A DNA stretch of 64,000 nucleotides from Cyanobacteriota bacterium. GTDB lineage: Bacteria > Cyanobacteriota > Cyanobacteriia > Thermostichales > Thermostichaceae. The translations under genes and the position numbers were made by a program. The notes under the pieces are model-generated. The model saw nothing but the letters and a program-made list of their open reading frames with translations, did not search any database and was not told where the DNA came from. The stretch covers positions 27,430 through 91,429 of the forward strand of contig JANRIL010000030.1 of assembly GCA_033764955.1 (NCBI GenBank). The letters are read 5' to 3'. Shown here in pieces: positions 20,675 through 30,402 of this stretch. Within the stretch, counting starts at the first letter, position 1, and every line of letters begins with the position of its first letter.

Positions 20675-21073
20675 ATGCAACTCGAAAATACTAGTGAAGC
20701 ACGAATAGTTGAAGCTTCTCCTGAAGAATTAACCTCTTGGGAGAAATACAAAACTGAAACTCAAATCAAGTCGATTCCTATTCCGTATGCTTTTGTTTCT
20801 GTTGGAGTGAACGCAGCAGGTATTTTCTATCTTGAAGATCCCGTCGAAAATAGCTCTACGGAGGGAGCCGCTGTCGGGGCGATCATCGGAGCATACCGTC
20901 TAGATAAAAATAAAACAGATGTAAAGCTCCATGACCTGTCAGAATATCGACTACACCTTGACATAGTTCTGATTTTTGTAGAGCGAGTGCTCAAAGCGCG
21001 CATTTGTAATCACAGGTGGAATGGCTCTTGGAAATCTTCAGACTACACTACTCTTGTAAGTTGGCAAACATAG
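20675..21073 (+). CDS. Hypothetical protein, probable second cassette ORF
   Basis: Begins 34 bp after attC with a GGAG RBS; more AT-rich than the first cassette; no downstream attC found. Confidence 0.6.
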   Translation: MQLENTSEARIVEASPEELTSWEKYKTETQIKSIPIPYAFVSVGVNAAGIFYLEDPVENSSTEGAAVGAIIGAYRLDKNKTDVKLHDLSEYRLHLDIVLIFVERVLKARICNHRWNGSWKSSDYTTLVSWQT

Positions 21074-21230
21074 TCTGAATTACTGATTTTATAATATGCG
21101 TTAATGAAATATAACGCATCTTCTTCTAATCTCGAACTAAAACATTTGAATTTTATGGGTTTTACGGGTATCGTAGTGCTGCTTGCTCTTCTATCTCTAT
21201 CAATTGTTTATCTCATCCTTTCCTTTTATT

Positions 21231-21797
21231 ATGCTTACCAAAACGGAACGCGAAAAAATGCTAAGCGGTGAACTCTACTTAGCCTCTGACCCAGAATTGG
21301 TTCAAGCTAGGCAGCGGGCTAGTCATCTCATCCGCCTCTATAACAATACCTATGAGGATCAGGGTCAACAACGTTATGACCTTCTTAAAGAGCTGTTGGG
21401 AAGGGTTGGTTCTCAAGTGAATATTACTCCTCCGTTTTATTGTGATTATGGCAGCCATATTTTGCTGGGAGAGCGGTTCTACAGTAATTTTGGCTGTGTC
21501 ATTTTGGATTGCCATTGGGTAGAGATTGGGGATGATGTTTTGTTGGCTCCTTATGTGCAAATTTATGCTGCCTATCACCCTACCGATCCTCAGCTACGTC
21601 TGACCGGACAAGAGCTAGCTGGTTCGGTTAAAATTGGCAACAATGTTTGGATTGGAGGCGGTGCAATCATTACGCAGGGGGTAACCATTGGCGATAATAC
21701 AACCATCGGAGCCGGCAGTGTTGTGGTTAAAGATATCCCTGCTAATGTTATTGCGGTGGGTAATCCTTGCCGGGTGATCCGGCAGATTGCTGGCTAG
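21231..21797 (+). CDS. Sugar O-acetyltransferase (maltose/galactoside, hexapeptide repeat)
   Basis: EKMLSGELY, PPFYCDYG and IGAGSVVVKDIPANVIAVGNPCRVIR motifs. Confidence 0.92.
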   Translation: MLTKTEREKMLSGELYLASDPELVQARQRASHLIRLYNNTYEDQGQQRYDLLKELLGRVGSQVNITPPFYCDYGSHILLGERFYSNFGCVILDCHWVEIGDDVLLAPYVQIYAAYHPTDPQLRLTGQELAGSVKIGNNVWIGGGAIITQGVTIGDNTTIGAGSVVVKDIPANVIAVGNPCRVIRQIAG

Positions 21798-21903
21798 GTT
21801 AAAAAATTATAGTCATTCAATTTAATTTGAGAATCGCAAAGCCTCTCACCGCTTGCATAGAGGGACTTAGATAGTGGCATTCTTATCTGGAATAACTATA
21901 TAC

Positions 21904-22025
21904 TATGGCAAGCCTAAGTAATTTGGAAAAACCAATCCCTAAGCCCCCCTAGTAAGGAGAGTACCGATAGGGCGAGGGGATCCCTGGGGGATCTTTTCTC
22001 TCACGAATCTTATAGGATTTCTGTA
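21904..22025. mobile_element. Degenerate MITE, same family as 19243-19368
   Basis: TATGGCAAGCCTAAGTAATTTGGAAAA ... TCACGAATCTTATAGGATTTCTGTA; colinear with the 19243 copy. Confidence 0.8.
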
Positions 22026-22061
22026 AATATTAGGTAAATATTAGGATTGCCTACTGGCTTT

Positions 22062-23054
22062 TTAAGGCGCTGTTCGGAGAGAAGAAACAAAATGATTAGC
22101 TATTTGGATCAGGAAAATCGAGAAAACTTCTATCTCCGACTGCCCCTGCTTAAGCGCATACTCTAGTTCCAATAGATATTTGAGACTAGAATGCAAGGGT
22201 TTTAGCCCCAAGGATTGCACTTCTTTTTGTAAGAAAAAAACGCGGTTAGGATTCCCAATCTCAGCCATTTGAGCAATCACTTTGGGATCCCGTTCTCCCT
22301 GCTCCATCAACAATTTTACCCACAGCCAAGTTCGAAATTGATTGACTAAAACGGACAAAATTTTGAGAGCAGGTTCATTTTGATCTAACAAATGTTGCAG
22401 GATGACTAAGCTGCGATCCAAATCCCCTTGCCGCAGGGATCCCGCTAGCTGAAAACTGTTGTAGGCGGTGGCGGGAACCAGACTTTGCACCATTTCTCCG
22501 GTGATGGCGGTGACCGTTTTCCCCTGATAGAGCCTCAGCTTTTCCAGTTCCATGACCAGTTTGCGGCTATCGTTACCAATGGCAGTAGACAGCAATTCTG
22601 CCGCCTCAGCAGTCAGTTGGATGTCCATGTGACGGGCTTGCGTCTTCACCTGTTGGAGGATCCCTTCACTATCCCAACTGGCTAAGAGGGGAAATTCCTG
22701 CTGTGTTGCTACTTTCTTTAATAATTTTGTTGATTTGAGGCGGGCATCCGGTTTGTGGGAGGAGGTGAACAGCAAATGGGTCGAAGCAGGCAGATCCCTC
22801 AGCGTTCGCTCCAATTCCTCTAGCCACGGTTCTGGGCAAGCTTGCATGAGACGGGTTTCCTCCATCCATACCAATCGATCTCCCAAGCCAAAAGGGGGAG
22901 TCATTGCCTGAGCTAATCCCATCAAGGTTTGTTCTGGCGGGATCCGCTGATCATTGAAGGCCAACCAGTCAGGGTGCAAAACCTGCTGCCGTAATTGTCG
23001 CACGGCTTGCTCTAGGCGAAATTCATCGTCTCCCCAAAAGAGGTAGGTGGGCAT
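22062..23054 (-). CDS. holA: DNA polymerase III delta subunit
   Basis: MPTYLFWGDDEF, TPPFGLGDRLV, KPDARLKSTK and ELEKL motifs. Confidence 0.93.
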   Translation of the reverse strand: MPTYLFWGDDEFRLEQAVRQLRQQVLHPDWLAFNDQRIPPEQTLMGLAQAMTPPFGLGDRLVWMEETRLMQACPEPWLEELERTLRDLPASTHLLFTSSHKPDARLKSTKLLKKVATQQEFPLLASWDSEGILQQVKTQARHMDIQLTAEAAELLSTAIGNDSRKLVMELEKLRLYQGKTVTAITGEMVQSLVPATAYNSFQLAGSLRQGDLDRSLVILQHLLDQNEPALKILSVLVNQFRTWLWVKLLMEQGERDPKVIAQMAEIGNPNRVFFLQKEVQSLGLKPLHSSLKYLLELEYALKQGQSEIEVFSIFLIQIANHFVSSLRTAP

Positions 23055-23056
23055 AG

Positions 23057-23788
23057 TTAGGCAGGTGGAGCGGGAGTGGTAGCTTGCTGCAAACGCACCT
23101 TCAAAATGTATTGGGCAATGGCCAGATCGAGAGGAGTAGTGACCTTAAGATTGCTTTCTTCTCCCGGCAAGATGTGAACCGGTAGACCTAATTTTTCAAA
23201 AAGAGCGGCATCATCTGTCACTTGCCAGCCCACTTCTACGGCCTTGTGGTGGGCATCCGCCAGCAGCGAAAGGGCAAATCCCTGGGGGGTTTGAGCCGCC
23301 CAGAGGTGTTTGCGATTGGGTGTGGATTCAATTTGGGGCAAAGCATCCCCCGGCTCGGAGATGACCACTTTGATGGTGTCTTTAACCGGAACAGCGGCAA
23401 TCAGACCATCTACCTGGGCGAGAGCCGCACTACACCGATCCAAGAGGGCGGGGGTGGCCAGGCAACGTGCCCCATCGTGAATCAGAACATGGGAGATCCC
23501 CCCCTGGGCTTGCAAGTATTTCAAACCCTCATACACCGAGGCTTGGCGGGTTTCTCCCCCTTCGATCAACTGCACGGGCTTGCTGAGGGGAAACTTCTGC
23601 AAAATCTTTTCCATGGCAGGCCAATCGGATTTTTGGGCGAGTAGACCAATCCAACGAATGGAACTGGCTTGATCAGCCGCCTGTAAAGTCCATGCCAAGA
23701 TCGGTCGATCCAATAGGGGTAACAGTAGTTTGTTCACCGTGGATCCCATCCGGCGACCGCGACCTGCTGCGGGAATCAAAAAATGCAT
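23057..23788 (-). CDS. ispD: 2-C-methyl-D-erythritol 4-phosphate cytidylyltransferase
   Basis: IPAAGRGRRMG, IHDGAR, AQTPQGF and NLKVTTP motifs. Confidence 0.96.
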   Translation of the reverse strand: MHFLIPAAGRGRRMGSTVNKLLLPLLDRPILAWTLQAADQASSIRWIGLLAQKSDWPAMEKILQKFPLSKPVQLIEGGETRQASVYEGLKYLQAQGGISHVLIHDGARCLATPALLDRCSAALAQVDGLIAAVPVKDTIKVVISEPGDALPQIESTPNRKHLWAAQTPQGFALSLLADAHHKAVEVGWQVTDDAALFEKLGLPVHILPGEESNLKVTTPLDLAIAQYILKVRLQQATTPAPPA

Positions 23789-24104
23789 AAGCCAACTCGC
23801 ATAGGCTTTCTCACCCATTAGTTTATCCCAGGTCCTCCGCTATCCCAACACAAGCCATCTCAACAAAGGTTGCCCCAACCCCGACAAATCCTAAATGAAC
23901 AAAACTCAGCCATTTGCTGGAGAAGAGTTGCGTGTTCGTGCAGAAGAATTTGTTATCGTGAGAGAGATATCCTATACCTATGAACGTTCCGACCTGCCTT
24001 TAACGTTCATTCCCTGTGAGAGTCCATCCTGCCCCCAGCTATTTGACAATATTTCAATAATAGTTGCCCAAAAATGTTGCTCACACGTTCATAGGGTCGC
24101 TTTG

Positions 24105-24818
24105 ATGTCTACCCAAACCAAGAAGAAAATCTGGCACGTTTTGGTGATTGATGACGATGCGGGACGGCGTAGCCTGGATCTGAGTGGCATCACCTGCACA
24201 ATTGGCCGGGATCCCTCGAATGCGATTGTGCTCAACTCCAGTGGGGTTTCTCGCCAGCACGCAATTTTGTTGCGGGTTCCCACCGCCAACGGGCAATTTT
24301 TCTATCGTATTTTTGATGGCAATGCGGAAGGGAAGCGGAGCACCAATGGGATTTTGGTGAATGGTCAACGCTGTGCCTCCCATGATTTGCGGGATGGAGA
24401 TCACATTTCCTTTGGTAGCAATGTCGAGGCTCAATATTACATCCGTGAGATGACCGATCAAGATTTCAGTCGCTATCTGGAGGCGGTAGCCTATCGCAGC
24501 GTCAAGTCAGAAACGGTAGATCCCCGCACCACCACCATGCAGCGCATGGATGCACCGCTTTCTCCAATCACCAGTGCGGTTAGCCCAGAGGATCCCACCC
24601 AAAGCGAAGGCAGCCGTCCCCGCCGAGCTTGGTGGCAACCTTTGCTGCAAACCCTCTGGAAAATACTCAAGACTCCGATTTTCACACCACAGGCCAAAGC
24701 GACAAAGGCACCCCCCAAGAAACCGTCAGCCACCGCTAAATCTCTCCGTCCTAAGGCTTCCAGCAAGCCCAACTCTTCCCGCCGGAGTTCAGGGCGTCCT
24801 CCGGGATCCCGTCGCTAG
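24105..24818 (+). CDS. FHA domain protein with basic C-terminal tail
   Basis: IGRD, VSRQHA and STNGILVNG motifs; paralog of 283-738; start placed at MSTQTK. Confidence 0.88.
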   Translation: MSTQTKKKIWHVLVIDDDAGRRSLDLSGITCTIGRDPSNAIVLNSSGVSRQHAILLRVPTANGQFFYRIFDGNAEGKRSTNGILVNGQRCASHDLRDGDHISFGSNVEAQYYIREMTDQDFSRYLEAVAYRSVKSETVDPRTTTMQRMDAPLSPITSAVSPEDPTQSEGSRPRRAWWQPLLQTLWKILKTPIFTPQAKATKAPPKKPSATAKSLRPKASSKPNSSRRSSGRPPGSRR

Positions 24819-24840
24819 TCATAGTCTGTTGCTTACAAGA

Positions 24841-25764
24841 CTAGGGCAACTCCACCGAAGTCGGTTTAGAAACATGGGTCAGACCCCAGCCCAATTTTTC
24901 CCGCAAAATTCTAAAAAATTCGGGTCGTTTTAATCGCACCAAATCAGTGTGGTAGATAGCGCGGCTGACCCGAATTTGATCCTGCTGAGTGATATAGCAT
25001 CCGGCGTTACCATCCACCACCAATACCAATGGATTTTGAAAAACGGGGGCAATGATCACGGGTTCAGAATCTTCAAACACAAGGGCACGGGAAGCCAGTG
25101 AGTGGGGGCAAATCGGGATCAGTTGGAGAACCGGAACGCCGGGAGTGACGACAGGACCGCCTGCCGAAAGCGCATAGGCTGTTGAACCCGTAGGAGTCGC
25201 TAAAATCACCCCGTCAGCGGCGACATCCAAGGGGGAGTGGAGACCAATGGTCACCTCAAAATGGCACATGCTGGTCAACGGCTCGCGGTGTAAGACCAAT
25301 TCGTTCAAACACAAGACTTCCCAATAGAGATGCTCCCCCCTCCATACCTGCACCCGCACCATACTGCGCCGATCCAGACTAAATTCTCCCGCCACTACCT
25401 CGGTCACCGCCTCAATCAACGTGGACAAATAGGTTTCCGTCAAAAAACCCAAATGCCCGGTGTTAACGGCTAACAAAGGGATCCCACGGGGAGCCAGTTG
25501 GCGAGCGGCGGCTAAAACCGTGCCATCTCCCCCCAGTACCACCGCAAACTTCATGGTTTCGTCAAATCCTTCGGGAGCCAGTTGATCCATAGGAGTGTGA
25601 CAAATCGGGCTTTCGGGGCGAGCAAATCCCAACATGCCTCCCCAGCCCGGTGACGCATAGACCTGCCAGTCCTGTTGCTCAAACCATTCCAGCAGCAAAT
25701 CCCTAGCCCGATGTGCCGCAGGTTTGGAGTCATTAAAAAGGATCCCTGCTTTTGGCCTAGTCAT
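24841..25764 (-). CDS. nadK: NAD(+) kinase
   Basis: GGDGT, GHLGFL, LNE and [14 protein letters not shown] motifs. Confidence 0.95.
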   Translation of the reverse strand: MTRPKAGILFNDSKPAAHRARDLLLEWFEQQDWQVYASPGWGGMLGFARPESPICHTPMDQLAPEGFDETMKFAVVLGGDGTVLAAARQLAPRGIPLLAVNTGHLGFLTETYLSTLIEAVTEVVAGEFSLDRRSMVRVQVWRGEHLYWEVLCLNELVLHREPLTSMCHFEVTIGLHSPLDVAADGVILATPTGSTAYALSAGGPVVTPGVPVLQLIPICPHSLASRALVFEDSEPVIIAPVFQNPLVLVVDGNAGCYITQQDQIRVSRAIYHTDLVRLKRPEFFRILREKLGWGLTHVSKPTSVELP

Positions 25765-25884
25765 AGGGGGAGGGCGGTGATAGCGGCAAGTCTCAAAACT
25801 CTAACAAAAATCGCCCCCCCACAAGCAGGGATGTTGAGGTTTAGTTACCCGAAAAAATGCTTGGGGGAGAGAGCTAGGGATCCC

Positions 25885-27702
25885 TTAGCGACGGGAGGTT
25901 TGCAGTTGAGCCTTCCGTAGACGCACCGATTTGGGGGTAATTTCCACCAGCTCTTCATCGCTGATGTACTCCAGTGCCCGCTCTAGGGTCATCTCCACCG
26001 GCGTTTGCAAATGAACCAACTCCTCCCCCCCAGAGGCGCGGTGGTTAGTCAACTGCTTGGATTTGCAGATGTTTAACTCCAAATCTTGGGGGCGGTTATG
26101 TTCTCCCACCACCATCCCCTTGTAAACCCGCGTACCGGGGGTGATGAAGAAAATTCCCCGATCTTCAGCGTTTTTGAGGGCATAGTAGGTGGCGACCCCT
26201 TCTTCAAAAGCAATCAAGACACCATTCCGGCGGGAATCAATCTCAGCCGTAAGGGGACGATAGTCTAAAAAGCTGTGGTTCATGATCCCCTCACCACGGG
26301 TAATGCGAATAAACTCGCCCCGAAAGCCAATTAAGCCTCTGGCAGGGATCGTAAACTCCAGTTGAGAACGACCATCACTGCTGATCTGCATATTCTGCAT
26401 TTCTCCACGCCGTTGCCCTAGCCGCTCAATGCAAGCTCCCTGGTAGGCTTCTGGCACATCCAAAACCAAACACTCATAGGGTTCGTAGGGGTGACCGTTG
26501 ACTTCACGGAAAATCACACGGGGTTGTCCCACCTGAAACTCATAGCCCTCTCGCCGCATGGTTTCTAGCAGGATGCCAAGGTGGAGTTCTCCCCGCCCAG
26601 AAAGCAGGAAGCGATCGGGGGAGTCAGTTTCTTCCACCCGTAGAGCCACGTTGGTTTCCAGTTCGCGCATCAGGCGATCCCGAATTTGCCGGGAGGTGAC
26701 AAAAGTGCCCTCTTGCCCGGAGAAGGGAGAATCGTTAACGCACAGCACCATCTGAAGGGTCGGCTCATCCACCTTGATCAGGGGGAGTGCCTGCGGATCG
26801 TCGGGGCTAGTTAAGGTGTAGCCAATGTTGGCGTCGGCAAATCCGGCTACGGCAACGATATGTCCGGCAGTGGCTTGAGTGAGTTCTACCCGCTGGAGAC
26901 CTTCAAAGCCAAACAGTTTGGTGACGCGGGCACGGGCAACTTTGCCATCTCCATCTAGCATCGCCAGGGTTTCCCCAGCTCGAATGCTGCCATTGTGGAT
27001 CTTGCCAATCACGATCCGCCCAATGTATTCGGAGTATTCCAGGGTGGTGACTTGCAGTTGTAGGGGCTTGCTGGCATCCCCAACGGGTGGCGGCACATGC
27101 TTGAGCATGGCATGGAAAAGGGGCATCATATCCAAGGAGCCACTATACTCCCCTGCCAGGAAAGACTTCAGATCTTTTTCTTCCAGGCAAAAGCCCTGGA
27201 GTCCCGAAGCAAACAAATAAGGGAAGTCACATTGATCCTCGTCAGCTCCTAATTCCAGAAACAGATCTAGGACTTTATCGACAGCTTTATAGGGTTCGGA
27301 ACGGGGGCGGTCGATTTTATTGACCAAAACAATCGGGCGTAAGCCCTTTTCGAGAGCCTTGCGGAGGACAAAACGGGTTTGCGGCATCGGGCCTTCGTTG
27401 GCATCTACAATCAGTAGGCATCCCTCCACCATTCCCAACACCCGCTCGACCTCACCACCAAAGTCGGCGTGACCAGGAGTATCGACAATGTTGATCAGGG
27501 TATCCCCAAACCGCACCGCCGTATTCTTAGCCAAAATCGTGATGCCCCGCTCCCGCTCTAGGGTGTTGGAGTCCATAACGCAGGTGGGAATATCTTCCCC
27601 TTCTCGAAAAGTGCCGGATTGTTTGAGAAGAGCGTCCACCAGAGTTGTCTTGCCATGATCAACGTGGGCGATGATGGCAACATTGCGGATAGCAGGGTTC
27701 AT
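25885..27702 (-). CDS. typA: Translational GTPase TypA/BipA
   Basis: [26 protein letters not shown] and GRGELHL motifs. Confidence 0.98.
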   Translation of the reverse strand: MNPAIRNVAIIAHVDHGKTTLVDALLKQSGTFREGEDIPTCVMDSNTLERERGITILAKNTAVRFGDTLINIVDTPGHADFGGEVERVLGMVEGCLLIVDANEGPMPQTRFVLRKALEKGLRPIVLVNKIDRPRSEPYKAVDKVLDLFLELGADEDQCDFPYLFASGLQGFCLEEKDLKSFLAGEYSGSLDMMPLFHAMLKHVPPPVGDASKPLQLQVTTLEYSEYIGRIVIGKIHNGSIRAGETLAMLDGDGKVARARVTKLFGFEGLQRVELTQATAGHIVAVAGFADANIGYTLTSPDDPQALPLIKVDEPTLQMVLCVNDSPFSGQEGTFVTSRQIRDRLMRELETNVALRVEETDSPDRFLLSGRGELHLGILLETMRREGYEFQVGQPRVIFREVNGHPYEPYECLVLDVPEAYQGACIERLGQRRGEMQNMQISSDGRSQLEFTIPARGLIGFRGEFIRITRGEGIMNHSFLDYRPLTAEIDSRRNGVLIAFEEGVATYYALKNAEDRGIFFITPGTRVYKGMVVGEHNRPQDLELNICKSKQLTNHRASGGEELVHLQTPVEMTLERALEYISDEELVEITPKSVRLRKAQLQTSRR

Positions 27703-27904
27703 AGGAAGTTGCAGGGTCGGAAGAATAGGGGCAATGCTAAACGGAGAATTAGGGTGCTTAGCCAGAAAAAATCGCTCTAAATTCAGGCAGCGACTTGCGG
27801 AATGCTAAGGACTAAACAGTCTCACTTACAAATCGTAACAGGTTTGCGGGTGGAACGCAGGCAAAACCTGGGTAAGCCATCAGGTTCCTCAATCCTCTTG
27901 CCAT

Positions 27905-28618
27905 TCAAGATCCGCGAGAGGGATCCGACAAGCCTACCCCCTGCAACCAGAGGAGGACGGACTGCTTTAACCAAATCGCAATGAACCCATCTAAGTTCAT
28001 TTCAGAGACGCCCTTCTGGGGTGACTCCTCTCCATGGAGGAGTGGCTCAGTCGAGATGGGATCCCCTGGTAATCCAGCCGTGATTTGCATGACCGCCGCC
28101 CCCAAAATCAGTAGATGTAAAATGCCTGAGTCAATAACGAGCCGCTGCCGTTGAGACTCGGATGGAGCAAGTGCTGGATCGACTTTCAATAGGTATTCCA
28201 TCAGTTGATGTTGAGCATGGCTAAAGCCCTGCCGTAGAGCCTGCCGATGTTCCAATGAATAGAGTCCGGCTTCTCCCACCACCGAGCGGGTGAGTTCGGG
28301 GTTGTTGACAAGGGCGTTAAAGCAGACTGTGACATAGTTCACTAGATCCTGATACCACTCCGGATCTAGAGTGAGGTCAGACTTTTGCGGAGTTGGTTGC
28401 CCGTCTCCAATGCCGGCAAATACCCCTAACTCTGCGAATACAGCCAAGAGTAGTCCTTGCTTAGTCCCAAAATGGCGAAACAGAGTCACTTCGTTCACCC
28501 CAGCGGCATCGGCAATCTGTCGAGTGGTGGTTTGGGTGATCCCCTGTCGGCCAAATAACTCTTTGGCTTGATTAATCAGTCTTTGGCGGGTCGAAAGCCT
28601 CGATTTAGGCATATTCAC
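27905..28618 (-). CDS. TetR family transcriptional regulator
   Basis: TTRQIADAAGVNEVTLFRHFGTK helix-turn-helix. Confidence 0.92.
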   Translation of the reverse strand: MNMPKSRLSTRQRLINQAKELFGRQGITQTTTRQIADAAGVNEVTLFRHFGTKQGLLLAVFAELGVFAGIGDGQPTPQKSDLTLDPEWYQDLVNYVTVCFNALVNNPELTRSVVGEAGLYSLEHRQALRQGFSHAQHQLMEYLLKVDPALAPSESQRQRLVIDSGILHLLILGAAVMQITAGLPGDPISTEPLLHGEESPQKGVSEMNLDGFIAIWLKQSVLLWLQGVGLSDPSRGS

Positions 28619-28629
28619 CAGAAAGTCTT

Positions 28630-28650
28630 AATGTAAGTATCGCTTGCATT
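28630..28650. promoter_or_regulatory. Palindromic operator candidate between TetR and desaturase
   Basis: AATGTAAGT-ATC-GCTTGCATT imperfect inverted repeat in the divergent promoter region. Confidence 0.55.
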
Positions 28651-28726
28651 TACGGTGGATTATCGTTAGGCTGAGTGTCAAGCAGGCTGCACGTTACAAC
28701 TCCCAATTTAGAGGTCTTATTGATTC

Positions 28727-29572
28727 ATGGTTGTTTCCCTTTCGTCTGAGCCATCCACTCAGTCTCCAACTCCACCGTCCTACCGATTTTCTTGGCCTAG
28801 CCTGATCTTTTTTATAGCTTTTCATTTATTGGCGTTAGCAGCCTTCGTGACCTTCTCATGGTCGGCCTTAGGAGTTGCTTTTTTCCTCTATTGGATGTTT
28901 GGTAGTCTGGGAATCTGCCTGGGTTATCATCGCCTTCTTAGCCATCGTAGTTTTCAGGTGCCTAGGTGGTTAGAATACACCTTTGCCACTTTGGGGGCAC
29001 TGTCTTTGCAGGGGGGACCTATTTTTTGGGTGAGTGGCCATCGCCAGCATCATGCCTTCACCGAAGATGTGGATAAGGATCCCTACTCTGCTCGCAAAGG
29101 TTTTTGGTGGAGCCATTTTCTTTGGTTGATCTATCAGCAACCAGACTTTTTTGATTCTCGCTGTTACCACCGCATGGCTCCTGATCTGGCTCGGGATCCC
29201 TACTACCAATGGTTAGATAAAAACTTTTTGTTGTTGCAGGCTCTCCTAGGTGGTCTTCTTTATCTGATCGGTGGGTGGTCTTTCTTAATCTATGGAATTT
29301 TTGTGCGGGCTGTCTTCCTCTGGCACTGCACTTGGCTGATCAACTCTGCTAGCCATTTTTGGGGCTATCGTCGCTTTGAAGATAGTGATGACAATGCTCG
29401 TAATCTCTGGTGGGCGGCTATCTTGGCCTTTGGAGAAGGCTGGCACAATAATCACCACGCTGAGCCGAAGCGGGTCAGGGCAGGGTTAACCTGGTGGGAG
29501 ATTGATGTCACCTATTGGGCTATCTGGGTGCTCAGTAAACTGGGGCTGGCGCAAAAACTACACCAGGGCTAG
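28727..29572 (+). CDS. desC: Delta-9 acyl-lipid desaturase
   Basis: His boxes HRLLSH, HRQHH and HNNHH; GEGWHNNHH. Confidence 0.9.
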   Translation: MVVSLSSEPSTQSPTPPSYRFSWPSLIFFIAFHLLALAAFVTFSWSALGVAFFLYWMFGSLGICLGYHRLLSHRSFQVPRWLEYTFATLGALSLQGGPIFWVSGHRQHHAFTEDVDKDPYSARKGFWWSHFLWLIYQQPDFFDSRCYHRMAPDLARDPYYQWLDKNFLLLQALLGGLLYLIGGWSFLIYGIFVRAVFLWHCTWLINSASHFWGYRRFEDSDDNARNLWWAAILAFGEGWHNNHHAEPKRVRAGLTWWEIDVTYWAIWVLSKLGLAQKLHQG

Positions 29573-29622
29573 TAGAGATTCTTTCCCGTGCTGGGTTTTG
29601 ATCCCCACTTTTGGTCTTGAGA

Positions 29623-30336
29623 TCAGCGAACCGTCTGGTACCACTGGGCTAGCTGGCTAGCCGGGATCCCTAGGCGGTAGCTCGCTCGTAATATCTGCAT
29701 GAGGGCCACGGTTTTCCAAGGCCCTTTTTGTTGCCAACGGCGACTGGAGGTGATGATCATTTCCGGCAGAAAGACTTTCTTGCCCAGTTTTCCCATGCGT
29801 CCCGCTAATTCCAGATCCTCCATCAACGGTTGGATAGGATACCCTCCCAGTTGCTGGAATGCGGTTCGCCGGATAAAAATCCCCATATCTCCTGTAAACA
29901 TACCGGTTAATCTACTGCGACTGTTAATACCCCAACTAATGAGAGGGTAAGGCCAGTCGGAGCTGTCCAATCGGACGTGAAATCTACCCCCAACTACCTC
30001 TGGCGAGAGCATAACAGCTTGGATCGCTGAGAGAGCCTGGGGTGGCAAGTGAGAGTCGGCATGGAGAAAGAGCAATATCTCCGCATCCGTCTGTTGGGAT
30101 CCCCAATTCATTTGAGCGGCTCGCCCGCGCTGGGGGGCTAACCCGACCCAGAGGGGATAGTTGAGGCGGTTTCGCCAGTCCTGAGCGATGGACAAGGTGG
30201 CATCACTGGATCCCCCATCCACTACGAGGACGTGAAAGGGGGGGGCTTGTGGTTGCAGATGCTCTAGGCAAGTGGCTAGGGTCGTCTCCTCCTGATAGGT
30301 GGGAATGATAATAGCGATAGAGCCAACGGTAGCCAC
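29623..30336 (-). CDS. GT2 glycosyltransferase (TIGR04283-like)
   Basis: VVDGGS.D, GRAAQMN, FLHADS, LMEDLE and TSSRRW motifs; start uncertain. Confidence 0.85.
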   Translation of the reverse strand: MATVGSIAIIIPTYQEETTLATCLEHLQPQAPPFHVLVVDGGSSDATLSIAQDWRNRLNYPLWVGLAPQRGRAAQMNWGSQQTDAEILLFLHADSHLPPQALSAIQAVMLSPEVVGGRFHVRLDSSDWPYPLISWGINSRSRLTGMFTGDMGIFIRRTAFQQLGGYPIQPLMEDLELAGRMGKLGKKVFLPEMIITSSRRWQQKGPWKTVALMQILRASYRLGIPASQLAQWYQTVR

Positions 30337-30402
30337 GGGATCCCTTCCTTTGCCCAGATGACATCCATAACATCCTGTTTTGGGGATGCGCGTCAACTTG
30401 CT

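Noticed and set aside
20509..20694. 61-aa ORF MTPNHTLQRTR
   Set aside because: Translation through the attC site, a typical artefact.
19190..22060. Integron integrase or attI next to the cassettes
   Set aside because: No tyrosine-recombinase ORF is visible in the window; only IS remnants lie upstream.
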